Below are positions 8,215 to 17,125 of a stretch of DNA of 32,000 nucleotides, piece after piece. Origin of the DNA: an uncultured Actinomycetes bacterium. Lineage in GTDB: Bacteria; Actinomycetota; Actinomycetes; S36-B12; CAIYMF01. The stretch lies in contig CAWJMG010000001.1 in NCBI GenBank assembly GCA_963843975.1, positions 30,001-62,000 of the forward strand. Direction: 5' to 3'. Each line of letters opens with the position of its first letter. The first letter of the stretch is position 1. A program made the position numbers and the translations under genes. The notes under the pieces were generated by a model. That model was not told the DNA's origin. It worked only from the letters and a program-made list of their open reading frames with translations, and ran no database searches.

Positions 8215-9531
8215 ATGACGACGACGACCGAGCCCCGCACGGGGTGCGACGACTGCACGCGCGCCGAGCGCGCGGGCGAGGTCACGCGCCGCGGCCTGCT
8301 GCGCGGCCTGCTCGGCACGGGTGCCGCACTGGTGGCGCTGCCGGCGCTGGAGACGGTGTCGACCCAGGTGGCGTACGCCGCCAACTGGACCGGCGACACC
8401 GTCGTCGTGATCTCGCTGCGCGGCGGTTTCGACGGCATGTCCGCCGTCGTGCCGGTCGGCGACCCGGACTACCTCACGCGGCGCCCGAGCATCGGCGTGC
8501 CGACCAGCGCGACGGTGCAGCTCGACAGCTTCTTCGGCCTGCACCCCGGCCTCGCCGCGCTCAAGCCCTGGTACGACAACGGCAAGCTGGCCGTCGTCCA
8601 CGCGACGGGTCTGCCGAACCCGAACCGCTCCCACTTCGACGCCATGGTCGAGATGGAGAACGCTGCGGTCGGCTCGAGCACGCGGACCGGATGGATCGGC
8701 CGCACCCTCGGCCTCACCACGCCGAGCGGCCCGTTCGCCGCCGTGCAGATGGGCTGGGGCGACCTGCCCGACAGCGTCATCGGCCCCGTGCCGGTGCTCG
8801 CGATGCACGACCTCGGCGACTTCTCCATCGCCGGCGTCAACTCCGCGTCCGACCGCGCCCGCTGGTCGACGGCGCTCTCGGCCCTGCACGCCGGGGCGCC
8901 GGCGCCCGTGGTCGCAGCCACGCAGACCACCGTCGGCGCGCTGTCGACCGTCGCCGCGATCACGGCCACGTCGTACCGGCCCGCGAACGGTGCGGTCTAC
9001 CCGTCCGGCGATCTCGGCGACACGCTCAAGGACATCGCGCGGATCATCAAGTCCGGGCTCGGCGTCCAGGCGGTCACGCTCGACGTCGGCGACTGGGACA
9101 TGCACGCGGGTCTCGCGCCGACGGGCAATCCGCGGGCCGGATGGATGTGGGACAAGCTCACCGAGCTCGGCGCCGCGCTGTCGGCGTTCGCCACCGACAT
9201 GGGCACCGGCATGAACAGCACGACGGTGGTCACGATGTCGGAGTTCGGCCGCCGTGCGTACGAGAACGACAGCAACGGCCTCGACCACGGCTGGGGCAAC
9301 GCCTGCTTCGTCCTCGGCGGCGGAGTGAACGGCGGCCACGTCTACGGCACCTGGCCGGGCCTCGGCGCCGACCAGCTCAACGACGGCGACCTCGCCGTCA
9401 CCACCGACTACCGACTCGTCCTGTCGGACATCCTGCGCAACCGCGTGGGCGCGAGCATCGAGCAGCTCGGGACCGTGTTCCCCGGCTACAGCGGTGCGAC
9501 CACGTTCGGCCTCACGAAGCCGAGGGCCTGA
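8215..9531 (+). CDS. DUF1501 family protein (sulfatase/alkaline-phosphatase-like fold) with a TAT signal
   Basis: ATG at 8215 follows GAGGAC. The signal is TRRGLLRGLLGTGAALVALPA. Motifs: VVISLRGGFDG, NRSHFDAM, DWDMH, SEFGRR, DHGWGN. It starts 9 nt after the DUF1800 stop. Confidence 0.78.
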   Translation: MTTTTEPRTGCDDCTRAERAGEVTRRGLLRGLLGTGAALVALPALETVSTQVAYAANWTGDTVVVISLRGGFDGMSAVVPVGDPDYLTRRPSIGVPTSATVQLDSFFGLHPGLAALKPWYDNGKLAVVHATGLPNPNRSHFDAMVEMENAAVGSSTRTGWIGRTLGLTTPSGPFAAVQMGWGDLPDSVIGPVPVLAMHDLGDFSIAGVNSASDRARWSTALSALHAGAPAPVVAATQTTVGALSTVAAITATSYRPANGAVYPSGDLGDTLKDIARIIKSGLGVQAVTLDVGDWDMHAGLAPTGNPRAGWMWDKLTELGAALSAFATDMGTGMNSTTVVTMSEFGRRAYENDSNGLDHGWGNACFVLGGGVNGGHVYGTWPGLGADQLNDGDLAVTTDYRLVLSDILRNRVGASIEQLGTVFPGYSGATTFGLTKPRA

Positions 9532-9532
9532 G

Positions 9533-11365
9533 ATGACGACGACCCTGCCCGCCCGTCTGCGCCGCGCGGCAGCGGCGGTCGCCACCGCCATCGCACTCGT
9601 CGCGACCGGTCTCGCGGGCGCCTCCCCCGCCTCGGCCCTGTCGCCGGTCACCTTCACCGTCTACGCGCCCGACAAGGTGTGGGTCGGCGACTGGGTCACG
9701 CTCGGCATCGACTGCCCGGCCACGTGCCCCAACGGCCTGCTGAACGCGACGCTTTCGATCTCGGGCGGCCCGACGCTCGACCTGCCGGCAGAGCCGGACT
9801 ACACCACCGAGTGGCAGGTGCAGGGCATCACCGCGGGGTACGACAACCCGGCCGACGGCGCTGCGGTGCAGCACACCGTCACCGTGACCTTCACTGACGA
9901 GACGGGCTCGGCGCGAACGATCACCAAGCAGGTCCAGGTCAACCGCGACGGACCTCAGCCGGTCGAGAACCTCGACGGCCACGACGGCATGGATGCCTAT
10001 GTGACCTGGGAGCCGCCCTTGATCGACGGCGGCCTCCCCGTGACCAACTACCTCGTGCAGGTCGACGCAGAGCAGTGGGTCGAGTTCGGGCCGGCCACGC
10101 GCTCGTTCTCGCTCACAGGCTTGTCGTACGGTCCGCACCAGGTGCGGGTGATCGCCAAGAACGCCTTCCGCTGGGGCTGGGGCGAGCAGATCACCGTGCT
10201 GCGCGGCGTCCTGCCGTCACCCCCGCTCGTCTCCGTCACCGGCACCGCGCACCCGACGGTCTCGTGGACCGAGTCGGTCGGCGGCGGCATCGGCATCAGC
10301 GGCTACACCATCTACTCCGGCGGCGTGCCGGTCGCGACCGCGCCCGCCGGCGACCGCTCCGTGTTCCTGGGCTCGCTCGACCCCGGTGCGCAGGACATCC
10401 AGGTCGCGGCCGACTCCGCCTGGGGCCCGGGTCAGTTCTCCACCCCCGTCGAGTGGGTGCAGGCCTCGTCGCCGAGCTCGGTCAGCACTCCCAGCGCCGT
10501 CGCCGGCAACGGGAGGCTCACGGTGTCGTGGGAGGCGCCGAGCGACGACGGCGGCATGCCCGTCACGTCGTACAAGGTGCGCGTCATCGACCCGATGACC
10601 GCCACGGTGCTCGGCAGCGCGACGACGTCCGGCCTCAGCACGGACGTCACCGGGCTGCTCAACGGCTTCGCCGTCGTGGCGCAGGTTGCTGCGGTCAACG
10701 CGATCGGCCAGTCCGACTGGACCGACGCGGCGGTCGCCGTCGCACCGAACGGCCCCGCTCCCGCCGCGAGCAAGCTGAGCGCCTCGGCCACAGACACGAC
10801 GCCGACGGCCTCCCAGAAGGTCACCGTGCGCGGCACCCTCGCGATCAGCGGCAAGGTCGAGACCGGCCAGCAGGTGCAGGTCTGGATCAAGCCGTACGGC
10901 GCAGCGTCCTGGTCGAAGGCCGGCACCGCGAAGGCGAGCAGCAGCGGCGCCTGGTCGTTCGCGCGCACCTTCTCGTCCAAGACCGCCGTGCAGGCCCGCT
11001 ACCTGGGCTCGACGTCGCTCAACGCCAAGCAGGTCAACAGCGCCGTCGTCACGGTGTCGCCGGCCATCACCGTGTCCGGTCGGACCACGACGTCGTCGTA
11101 CTCGCCGCGCTCGGTGTTCAAGCTCGGCGCCACGGTCTGGGTCCCCGCCTCGACCAAGGGCGCCCCCGCCGGATCGGTGGTCAAGCTGCAGCGCAAGAAG
11201 GGCTCGACCTGGATCACGGTCGCGACCGCGACGCTCGTGTCCGGCAAGGCGAAGCTGCACTGGAAGCCGACCGCGAAGGCGACCTATGCGCTGCGCGTGT
11301 ACGTCGCCGGCACGGCGGCGATCCGCTCGGGCACGACCTCGACGCTCACCACCAAGGTCGTCTGA
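9533..11365 (+). CDS. Secreted multidomain protein: Sec signal peptide, about 3 fibronectin type III domains, then 2 Ig-like beta-sandwich domains
   Basis: ATG lies 1 nt after the DUF1501 stop. The signal is AIALVATGLAGASPASA/LSP. FN3 hallmarks recur (VTWEPPLIDGGLPVTNYLVQV; VSWTESVGGGIGISGYTIYS; VSWEAPSDDGGMPVTSYKVRV). I saw no LPXTG motif and no C-terminal TM segment. Confidence 0.7.
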   Translation: MTTTLPARLRRAAAAVATAIALVATGLAGASPASALSPVTFTVYAPDKVWVGDWVTLGIDCPATCPNGLLNATLSISGGPTLDLPAEPDYTTEWQVQGITAGYDNPADGAAVQHTVTVTFTDETGSARTITKQVQVNRDGPQPVENLDGHDGMDAYVTWEPPLIDGGLPVTNYLVQVDAEQWVEFGPATRSFSLTGLSYGPHQVRVIAKNAFRWGWGEQITVLRGVLPSPPLVSVTGTAHPTVSWTESVGGGIGISGYTIYSGGVPVATAPAGDRSVFLGSLDPGAQDIQVAADSAWGPGQFSTPVEWVQASSPSSVSTPSAVAGNGRLTVSWEAPSDDGGMPVTSYKVRVIDPMTATVLGSATTSGLSTDVTGLLNGFAVVAQVAAVNAIGQSDWTDAAVAVAPNGPAPAASKLSASATDTTPTASQKVTVRGTLAISGKVETGQQVQVWIKPYGAASWSKAGTAKASSSGAWSFARTFSSKTAVQARYLGSTSLNAKQVNSAVVTVSPAITVSGRTTTSSYSPRSVFKLGATVWVPASTKGAPAGSVVKLQRKKGSTWITVATATLVSGKAKLHWKPTAKATYALRVYVAGTAAIRSGTTSTLTTKVV

Positions 11366-11455
11366 CGGCGGCGGGCGCCGTGCGGCCCACGGCTGACACG
11401 GCGCTCGGCACCCGTCAGGTTCTTCCTGCGGCCCTCTGCGCCTAGGGTCGTCGGC

Positions 11456-12217
11456 GTGAGCCACCCCCTGCCGCTGACCGGTGAGCGCACGCTCCCCGGC
11501 GTGCCCGGCGAGGAGTACTGGTTCGCCCGGCACGAGGCCGCCTACGCGTGGCTCGTCGAGACGCTCGCCGAGCGCATCCGCGATGCCGCGGTGGTCGAGG
11601 CGGGCAGCGGCGAAGGCTACGGCGCGGCGATGCTGCGCGCGGCCGGGGCACGCACGGTGCTGGCCCTCGAGTACGACGACGCCTCCGCCGGTCACGCGCA
11701 CGCGGCGTACCCCGACGTGCGCACGGTGCGCGCGAACCTCGCGATGCTGCCCGTCGGCGACGCATCGGCCGACGTACTGGTGACGCTGCAGGTCGTCGAG
11801 CACCTGTGGGACCTCCGCGGCTTCCTCCGCGACTGCGCTCGGGTGCTGCGCCCGGGCGGCGCGCTCGTCGTGACCACCCCGAACCGCCCGGTCTTCTCCC
11901 CCGGCCTCGGCCGCGGCGAGAAGCCCACGAACCCGTTCCACGTCGAGGAGCTCGACGCCGAGCAGCTGCACGACCTGCTGGTCGGGGCGGGCTTCGTCGA
12001 CGTCGCCGTCTACGGCCTGCATCACGGCCCGCGGATCGAGGAATGGGAGTCCGCGGCTGGGAGCGGCATCGTCTCCGCGCAGGTCGCGGCCGTGCTCGGA
12101 TCCGGCGAGGTCCCGGCCGACCTCGAGGCGTTCGTCGCCTCGGTGACGGCGGCCGACTTCGTGGTGGGTGGGCACGACGGCGCCCAGGACCTCGTCGCGG
12201 TGGCGGTGCGGCCGTGA
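11456..12217 (+). CDS. Class I SAM-dependent methyltransferase (Rv3030-like)
   Basis: 253-aa ORF with GTG start. SAM motif I is VVEAGSGEGYGAAML, followed by LRPGGALVVTTPN. TAGGGT at 11443-11448 lies 7 nt before the start codon and there is no SD. Confidence 0.8.
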   Translation: MSHPLPLTGERTLPGVPGEEYWFARHEAAYAWLVETLAERIRDAAVVEAGSGEGYGAAMLRAAGARTVLALEYDDASAGHAHAAYPDVRTVRANLAMLPVGDASADVLVTLQVVEHLWDLRGFLRDCARVLRPGGALVVTTPNRPVFSPGLGRGEKPTNPFHVEELDAEQLHDLLVGAGFVDVAVYGLHHGPRIEEWESAAGSGIVSAQVAAVLGSGEVPADLEAFVASVTAADFVVGGHDGAQDLVAVAVRP

Positions 12218-13767
12218 GCACGACGAGCAGCGAGCCGGTCGGCACGTTCTGCCTCGTGCTGCACACGCACCTGCCCTGGCTCGCGCACCACGGCACGTGG
12301 CCCGTGGGCGAGGAGTGGCTCTACCAAGCATGGGCGACGTCGTACCTGCCCGTGCTGGACCTGCTGCACCGCCTCGCCGACGAGGGCCGCGAGGACGTGC
12401 TCACCCTCGGCCTGACGCCGGTGCTGGCCGCGCAGCTCGACGACCCCTACTGCCTGCGCGAGGTCCGCACCTGGGCGGGCTTCTGGCAGGCGCGCGCCGA
12501 GGGCCTCGCGCACCGCGACGAGGACCACCTGCGCGAGACGGGCTCTCGCGAGTTCCGCGCCTCGCAGCAGGCCCTCGCCGAGCTCGAGGGCAGGTGGAGC
12601 GGCGGCCTCTCGCCGGTGCTTCGCCCGCTCGTCGACAGCCGCACGGTCGAGCTCCTCGGCGGCCCGGCGACCCATCCGTTCCAGCCGCTGTTGGACGACC
12701 GCTGGACGTCGTTCGCCCTGCGCACCGGCCTCGACGACGCGCGCGTGCGCCTCGGGTCGACGCCGGCGGGGATCTGGGCGCCCGAGTGCGGCTACCGCCC
12801 GGGCCTCGAGCACCTGTACGCCGCGGCCGGCGTCCAGCGCTTCCTCGTCGACGGCCCGACCGTGCAGGGCGCCGGCGGCACCACGGCGGAGGCCGTCAGG
12901 GTCGGGTCGAGCGACGTCGTGGCGTTCGCGCGGGACCTCGAGGTGACGTACCGCGTGTGGTCGCCGAAGAAGGGCTACCCCGGTGGCCGTTGGTACCGCG
13001 ACTTCCACACGTTCGACCACCCGTCGGGCTTCCGACCGGCGCGCGTGACGAGCACGACGACGCCGTCGCACGAGAAGGCGCCGTACGATCCGGAGCACGC
13101 ACGCCTCGCCGTCGAGCAGGACGCCGCGGACTTCGTCGAGGTGGTGCGGCACCGCCTCGCCGACCTCGCGGCGCAGCGCGACGGGCGGCCCGGGCTCGTG
13201 GTGGCGGCGTACGACACCGAGCTCTTCGGGCACTGGTGGCACGAGGGCCCGCTCTGGCTCGAGCGGGTGCTGCGCCTGCTGCCCGAGGCGGGCGTGCGCG
13301 TCACGACGTTGCGCGGTGCGGTCGAGGCCGGTCACGTCGGCGGCTCGCTCGACCTCGGCGCCGGCTCGTGGGGATCGGGCAAGGACTGGCGGGTGTGGGA
13401 CGGCGAGGCCGTCGCCGACCTCGTGGACGACAACGCCCTGCTGCGCCAGCGGGTGCTCAAGGTGCTCGACGCCGAGCCGCGGCCCTACGCGCGCGACGCC
13501 GCGCGCGACCAGCTCGTGCGCTCGGCCCTGCTCGCGCTGTCGAGCGACTGGGCGTTCATGGTCACCAAGGACTCGGCGGCCGGCTATGCGCGCGACCGGC
13601 ACCGCCGCCACCACCTGCAGACGCACGAGCTCGCCACGCTGATCGAGCGAGGGCACCCGGACGCGATCCGGCACGCCGTCGAGATGCGCTCTGCCGACAG
13701 GCCTTTCGGGCACCTCGACGCGAGGCTTCTCGCCGATCCCGCCCTGCCGCACGAGTGGATGGTGTGA
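12214..13767 (+). CDS. Glycoside hydrolase family 57 protein (Rv3031-like alpha-glucan branching/processing enzyme)
   Basis: GTG at 12214 overlaps the methyltransferase stop (GTGA). The N-terminus is VSTTSSEPVGTFCLVLHTHLPWLAHHGTWPVGEEWLYQAWATSYLPVL, and later AYDTELFGHWWHEGPLWL. These are typical GH57 motifs. Confidence 0.85.
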   Translation: MSTTSSEPVGTFCLVLHTHLPWLAHHGTWPVGEEWLYQAWATSYLPVLDLLHRLADEGREDVLTLGLTPVLAAQLDDPYCLREVRTWAGFWQARAEGLAHRDEDHLRETGSREFRASQQALAELEGRWSGGLSPVLRPLVDSRTVELLGGPATHPFQPLLDDRWTSFALRTGLDDARVRLGSTPAGIWAPECGYRPGLEHLYAAAGVQRFLVDGPTVQGAGGTTAEAVRVGSSDVVAFARDLEVTYRVWSPKKGYPGGRWYRDFHTFDHPSGFRPARVTSTTTPSHEKAPYDPEHARLAVEQDAADFVEVVRHRLADLAAQRDGRPGLVVAAYDTELFGHWWHEGPLWLERVLRLLPEAGVRVTTLRGAVEAGHVGGSLDLGAGSWGSGKDWRVWDGEAVADLVDDNALLRQRVLKVLDAEPRPYARDAARDQLVRSALLALSSDWAFMVTKDSAAGYARDRHRRHHLQTHELATLIERGHPDAIRHAVEMRSADRPFGHLDARLLADPALPHEWMV

Positions 13768-13769
13768 CC

Positions 13770-15035
13770 GTGCGGATCCTGCACCTGTCCTGGGAGTACC
13801 CGCCGCTGGTCTACGGCGGCCTGGGGCGCCACGTCCACGCGCTCGCCGAGGCGCAGGCTGCGGCGGGTCACGACGTCGTCGTCCTGACACAGCACCCGGG
13901 CGACGCGGGCCTCGCGCTGGACGAGACCGTCAACGGCGTGCGCGTCGTGCGCGTGCCGCACGACTCGAGCGAGATCACGATGAAGGACGAGTTCCTCGCG
14001 TGGGTGATCGCGCTCGGGCACGCGATGACGCGCGCCGGCATCGCGTTGGGACGGACGTGGCAGCCCGAGGTCGTGCACGCGCACGACTGGGTGGTCGCGC
14101 ACGCCGCGGCGAACCTGCGAGCTGCGTACGAGGTGCCCATCGTCGCGACGATGCACGCGACCGAGGCGGGGCGGCACCAGGGCTGGCTGCCCAACCAGTT
14201 CTCCAAGGCGATCCACACCGTCGAGTGGTGGCTCACCTTCGAGGCGCGACGCGCGATCACCTGCTCGCAGCACATGAGTTGGGAGGTCACGCGGCTGTTC
14301 GAGCTGCCGCCCGGCAAGGTCGACGTGATCGCCAACGGCATCGACCTCGCGGAGTGGACCGTCACCGACGCCGAGGTGGCAGCGGCCCGGACGCAGTGGG
14401 GCGACGACGGTCCGATGGTGCTGTACAGCGGCCGGCTCGAGTGGGAGAAGGGCGTCCACACCCTGATCGAGGCGATGCCACGGCTGAGGCGCCGCTTCCC
14501 CGGGCTGCGCCTCGTGATCGTGGGCAAGGGCACCCAGCAGGAGATGCTTGTCGACCTCGCCCGCCGGCTGCGCGTGTCGCGCTCGGTCGTGTTCACGGGC
14601 TGGCTCACCGAAGGCGGTCTGCGCGCCGTGTCGGGCGCGGCCGACGTCGCGGTGGTGCCGTCGGTCTACGAGCCGTTCGGCCTCGTGGCGCTGGAGGCCG
14701 CGGCTCTCGGCACACCTCTCGTGGTCTCGGACACCGGCGGCCTCGCCGAGATCGTGACGCACGGCGAGACCGGCGTGACGTTCCCGGCTCTGGACGCCGC
14801 AGCCCTCGCCGACGCCGTCACCGCGGTGCTGCGCAACGACGTCCTCGCCCGACGCGTCGTGCGCCAGGCGCGCGAGGTGCTCGCCCGCGACCACGACTGG
14901 CCGACGCTGGCCGCGCGCACGGTGCAGACGTACGAGCAGGCGGTCGTCGAGGAGCGCGCGCTGCTCGCGAGCACGGCGCACCCGCAGCTGCGCATGGTCG
15001 TCCGCGACGGCAACCTGCTGCGCGACGCCACCTGA
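13770..15035 (+). CDS. GT4-family glycosyltransferase (Rv3032-like alpha-1,4-glucosyltransferase)
   Basis: VRILHLSWEYPPLVYGGLGRHVHALAEAQAAAGHDVVV...PSVYEPFGLVALEAAALGTPLVVSDTGGLAEIV (GT4 E-x7-E region). The start is GTG 13770, or alternatively GTG 13764, which overlaps the GH57 stop. Confidence 0.85.
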   Translation: MRILHLSWEYPPLVYGGLGRHVHALAEAQAAAGHDVVVLTQHPGDAGLALDETVNGVRVVRVPHDSSEITMKDEFLAWVIALGHAMTRAGIALGRTWQPEVVHAHDWVVAHAAANLRAAYEVPIVATMHATEAGRHQGWLPNQFSKAIHTVEWWLTFEARRAITCSQHMSWEVTRLFELPPGKVDVIANGIDLAEWTVTDAEVAAARTQWGDDGPMVLYSGRLEWEKGVHTLIEAMPRLRRRFPGLRLVIVGKGTQQEMLVDLARRLRVSRSVVFTGWLTEGGLRAVSGAADVAVVPSVYEPFGLVALEAAALGTPLVVSDTGGLAEIVTHGETGVTFPALDAAALADAVTAVLRNDVLARRVVRQAREVLARDHDWPTLAARTVQTYEQAVVEERALLASTAHPQLRMVVRDGNLLRDAT

Positions 15036-15072
15036 CCCACCGCTGCCCGCGCCGCGGTGAGAGGGTGACCGC

Positions 15073-15807
15073 GTGCTGATCGCAGGGCTGTGGGGCTTCG
15101 TGGGCGGCGTCGCCCTCGTGGTCGGCGCGCTGCTCGGCCTCGCCCGCCAGTTCTCGCCGCGCACCATCGGCCTCGTCATGGCCTTCGGTGCCGGGGTGCT
15201 CATCAGCGCCCTGGCCTTCGAGCTGACGGCCGAGGCGTTCGAGGGCGCGGGCGCCGTCGAGGTCGTGGTCGGCCTCGCGGCCGGAGCGCTCGTGTTCTAC
15301 GGAGGCGACCGCCTGCTCGACCGGGTCGGCGGCCAGCACCGCAAGCGCTCGAGCGGGAAGCAGGCCGAGCCCGGCCCCGACGCCAAGGGCCTCGTGCTCG
15401 GCGCCATGCTCGACGGCATCCCCGAGTCGGCCGCCATCGGCATCACACTGGTCGGCGGCAGCCAGATCGGCGTCGCAGTCGTTGCCGCCGTCTTCCTGTC
15501 GAACATCCCCGAGGCGATGTCCGCCGCGACCGGTCTCGCCAAGGCTGGCCACTCGCGGCGCTGGATCCTCGGGCTCTGGACCGCGGTCGCCCTGGTGTCC
15601 GGTCTCGTCGCCGCGCTCGCCTACGCGCTGCTCGGCGACGCCAGCCCCAGCGTCGTCGCGGTGATCCAGGCCTTCGCCGCGGGCGCGATCCTCACGATGC
15701 TCGCCGACACGATGATGCCCGAGGCCTTCGAGAACGGCGGCAAGCTCGTCGGCCTCGTCACCACCGGCGGCTTCGCGCTCGCCTTCCTGCTCAGCCACGC
15801 CGCCTGA
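15073..15807 (+). CDS. ZIP family divalent metal transporter
   Basis: 244-aa hydrophobic ORF with a central charged loop (GGQHRKRSSGKQAEPGPDAKG). ZIP-like motifs: LGAMLDGIPESAAIG and FLSNIPEAMSAA. Confidence 0.75.
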   Translation: MLIAGLWGFVGGVALVVGALLGLARQFSPRTIGLVMAFGAGVLISALAFELTAEAFEGAGAVEVVVGLAAGALVFYGGDRLLDRVGGQHRKRSSGKQAEPGPDAKGLVLGAMLDGIPESAAIGITLVGGSQIGVAVVAAVFLSNIPEAMSAATGLAKAGHSRRWILGLWTAVALVSGLVAALAYALLGDASPSVVAVIQAFAAGAILTMLADTMMPEAFENGGKLVGLVTTGGFALAFLLSHAA

Positions 15808-15819
15808 TCGACGACAGGG

Positions 15820-17052
15820 TCAGATGCGCTCGACCGTGAGGGTGAAGCCCTGGGCCCGCAGGCGGTCGGCGAGCACGCTGCCGATGCCGGACGCCGCGGT
15901 GAGGACGCCGGTGCGGTCGGGCAGGCGGTCGCGGTCGTGCACGAGCGCGAGCGCGCTCTCGCCGAGCATCACCGCCGTCGCCTGGTAGCCGGGGTCACCG
16001 GAGGCGGCCACGACGGCGCTGTACGTCGCACCGCTCGTCGTACGGCTGCGCACCTCGACCGTGAAGTGGCCGTTGCGTCTCGTCTCCTCGCTCGGGCCCT
16101 CCCCCGGCTTGGGCAGGAACCGGTCGACGACCGCGCGGGTCGGGCCGAAGGCGAACGCCGCGAGCCCGGCGACCAGGCCCGCGTTCACCGCGGCGGCGCG
16201 CGCGGGTGCGAGCACGTCGGCGCCGTACGCCATCTCCTCGCCGTAGCGGAAGGTGCGGCCATAGACCCAGTCCTGCAAGGAGTTCGAGAGCCGCACGATG
16301 CGCGTGTTGTACGACGCCATCACGAACGGGCCGACCCACGTGCCGAGGCCGGAGCTGTGCCGGATGCGCGCGGCGTCGGACGGCTGGCGCGTGTCGGGCT
16401 CGGAGTCGCGGTCGGGGCTGAGGGCGTACGGGTCGGCCAGGAGGCGGCCGAGCGACCGGTCCTCGGCCACGGCCATGGCCATCGTGCGGGCGGAGTCGAT
16501 CGTGCCGCCGCTCACGCCGCCGCCGAAGGAGCGCACGACGAGCACCGTCTCCTCGAGCGTGCCCGCGTCGTCGGCACGCGCAGCCTCGGCCAGCAGCAGC
16601 ACGCCGAGGTCGGACGGGATCGAGTCGAAGCCGCAGGAGTGCACGATGCGCGCAGCGGTGTGGCGGGCGACGTCGGCCCAGTGGTCGAGCGACTCGCGGA
16701 CGAACAGCACCTCGCCGGTGAGGTCGACGTAGTCGGTGCCGGCCGACGCGCACGCCTCGACGACGCCGAGGCCGTACTTGAGGTACGGGCCGACCGTGGT
16801 GGCGAGCACGCGGGTACGTGCGGCGAGCGCAGCGAGCGAGGCCGGATCGTCGACGTCGGCCACGATCAGCGGCCAGTCCGCGGCCGCGGAGCCGAGCGAG
16901 ACGCGCACCTCGGCGAGGCGCTCCTCCGACCGTCCGGCCAGGCCGATGCGCGTGCCGTCGGGTGCGTGCGCGGCGAGGTGCTCGGCGGTCAGCCGGCCGA
17001 CGAAGCCGCTGGCACCGAAGACGACGACGTCCAGCTCACGTGAGGTGTCCAC
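15820..17052 (-). CDS. Saccharopine dehydrogenase NADP-binding domain protein (enoyl reductase-like, Rv2449c/Rv2953 family)
   Basis: 410-aa ORF. The N-terminal Rossmann motif is LDVVVFGASGFVGRLTAEHL. The remainder is family-typical (VHSCGFDSIPSDLG). Confidence 0.8.
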   Translation of the reverse strand: MDTSRELDVVVFGASGFVGRLTAEHLAAHAPDGTRIGLAGRSEERLAEVRVSLGSAAADWPLIVADVDDPASLAALAARTRVLATTVGPYLKYGLGVVEACASAGTDYVDLTGEVLFVRESLDHWADVARHTAARIVHSCGFDSIPSDLGVLLLAEAARADDAGTLEETVLVVRSFGGGVSGGTIDSARTMAMAVAEDRSLGRLLADPYALSPDRDSEPDTRQPSDAARIRHSSGLGTWVGPFVMASYNTRIVRLSNSLQDWVYGRTFRYGEEMAYGADVLAPARAAAVNAGLVAGLAAFAFGPTRAVVDRFLPKPGEGPSEETRRNGHFTVEVRSRTTSGATYSAVVAASGDPGYQATAVMLGESALALVHDRDRLPDRTGVLTAASGIGSVLADRLRAQGFTLTVERI

Positions 17053-17125
17053 GGGTCCAGCCTCGCACGCGTCGCTAGAGTCGGCGCGGACGCCGCCGAG
17101 GGGCCGGCGATCGAAGGGGTGGGTC

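Noticed and set aside
10217-12331. 704-aa minus-strand ORF spanning the FN3 gene, the spacer and the methyltransferase
   Set aside because: The composition is extremely Arg/Gly/Asp-rich and shows no recognisable domains. It crosses an intergenic region and two well-supported plus-strand genes, so it is a mirror-frame artefact.
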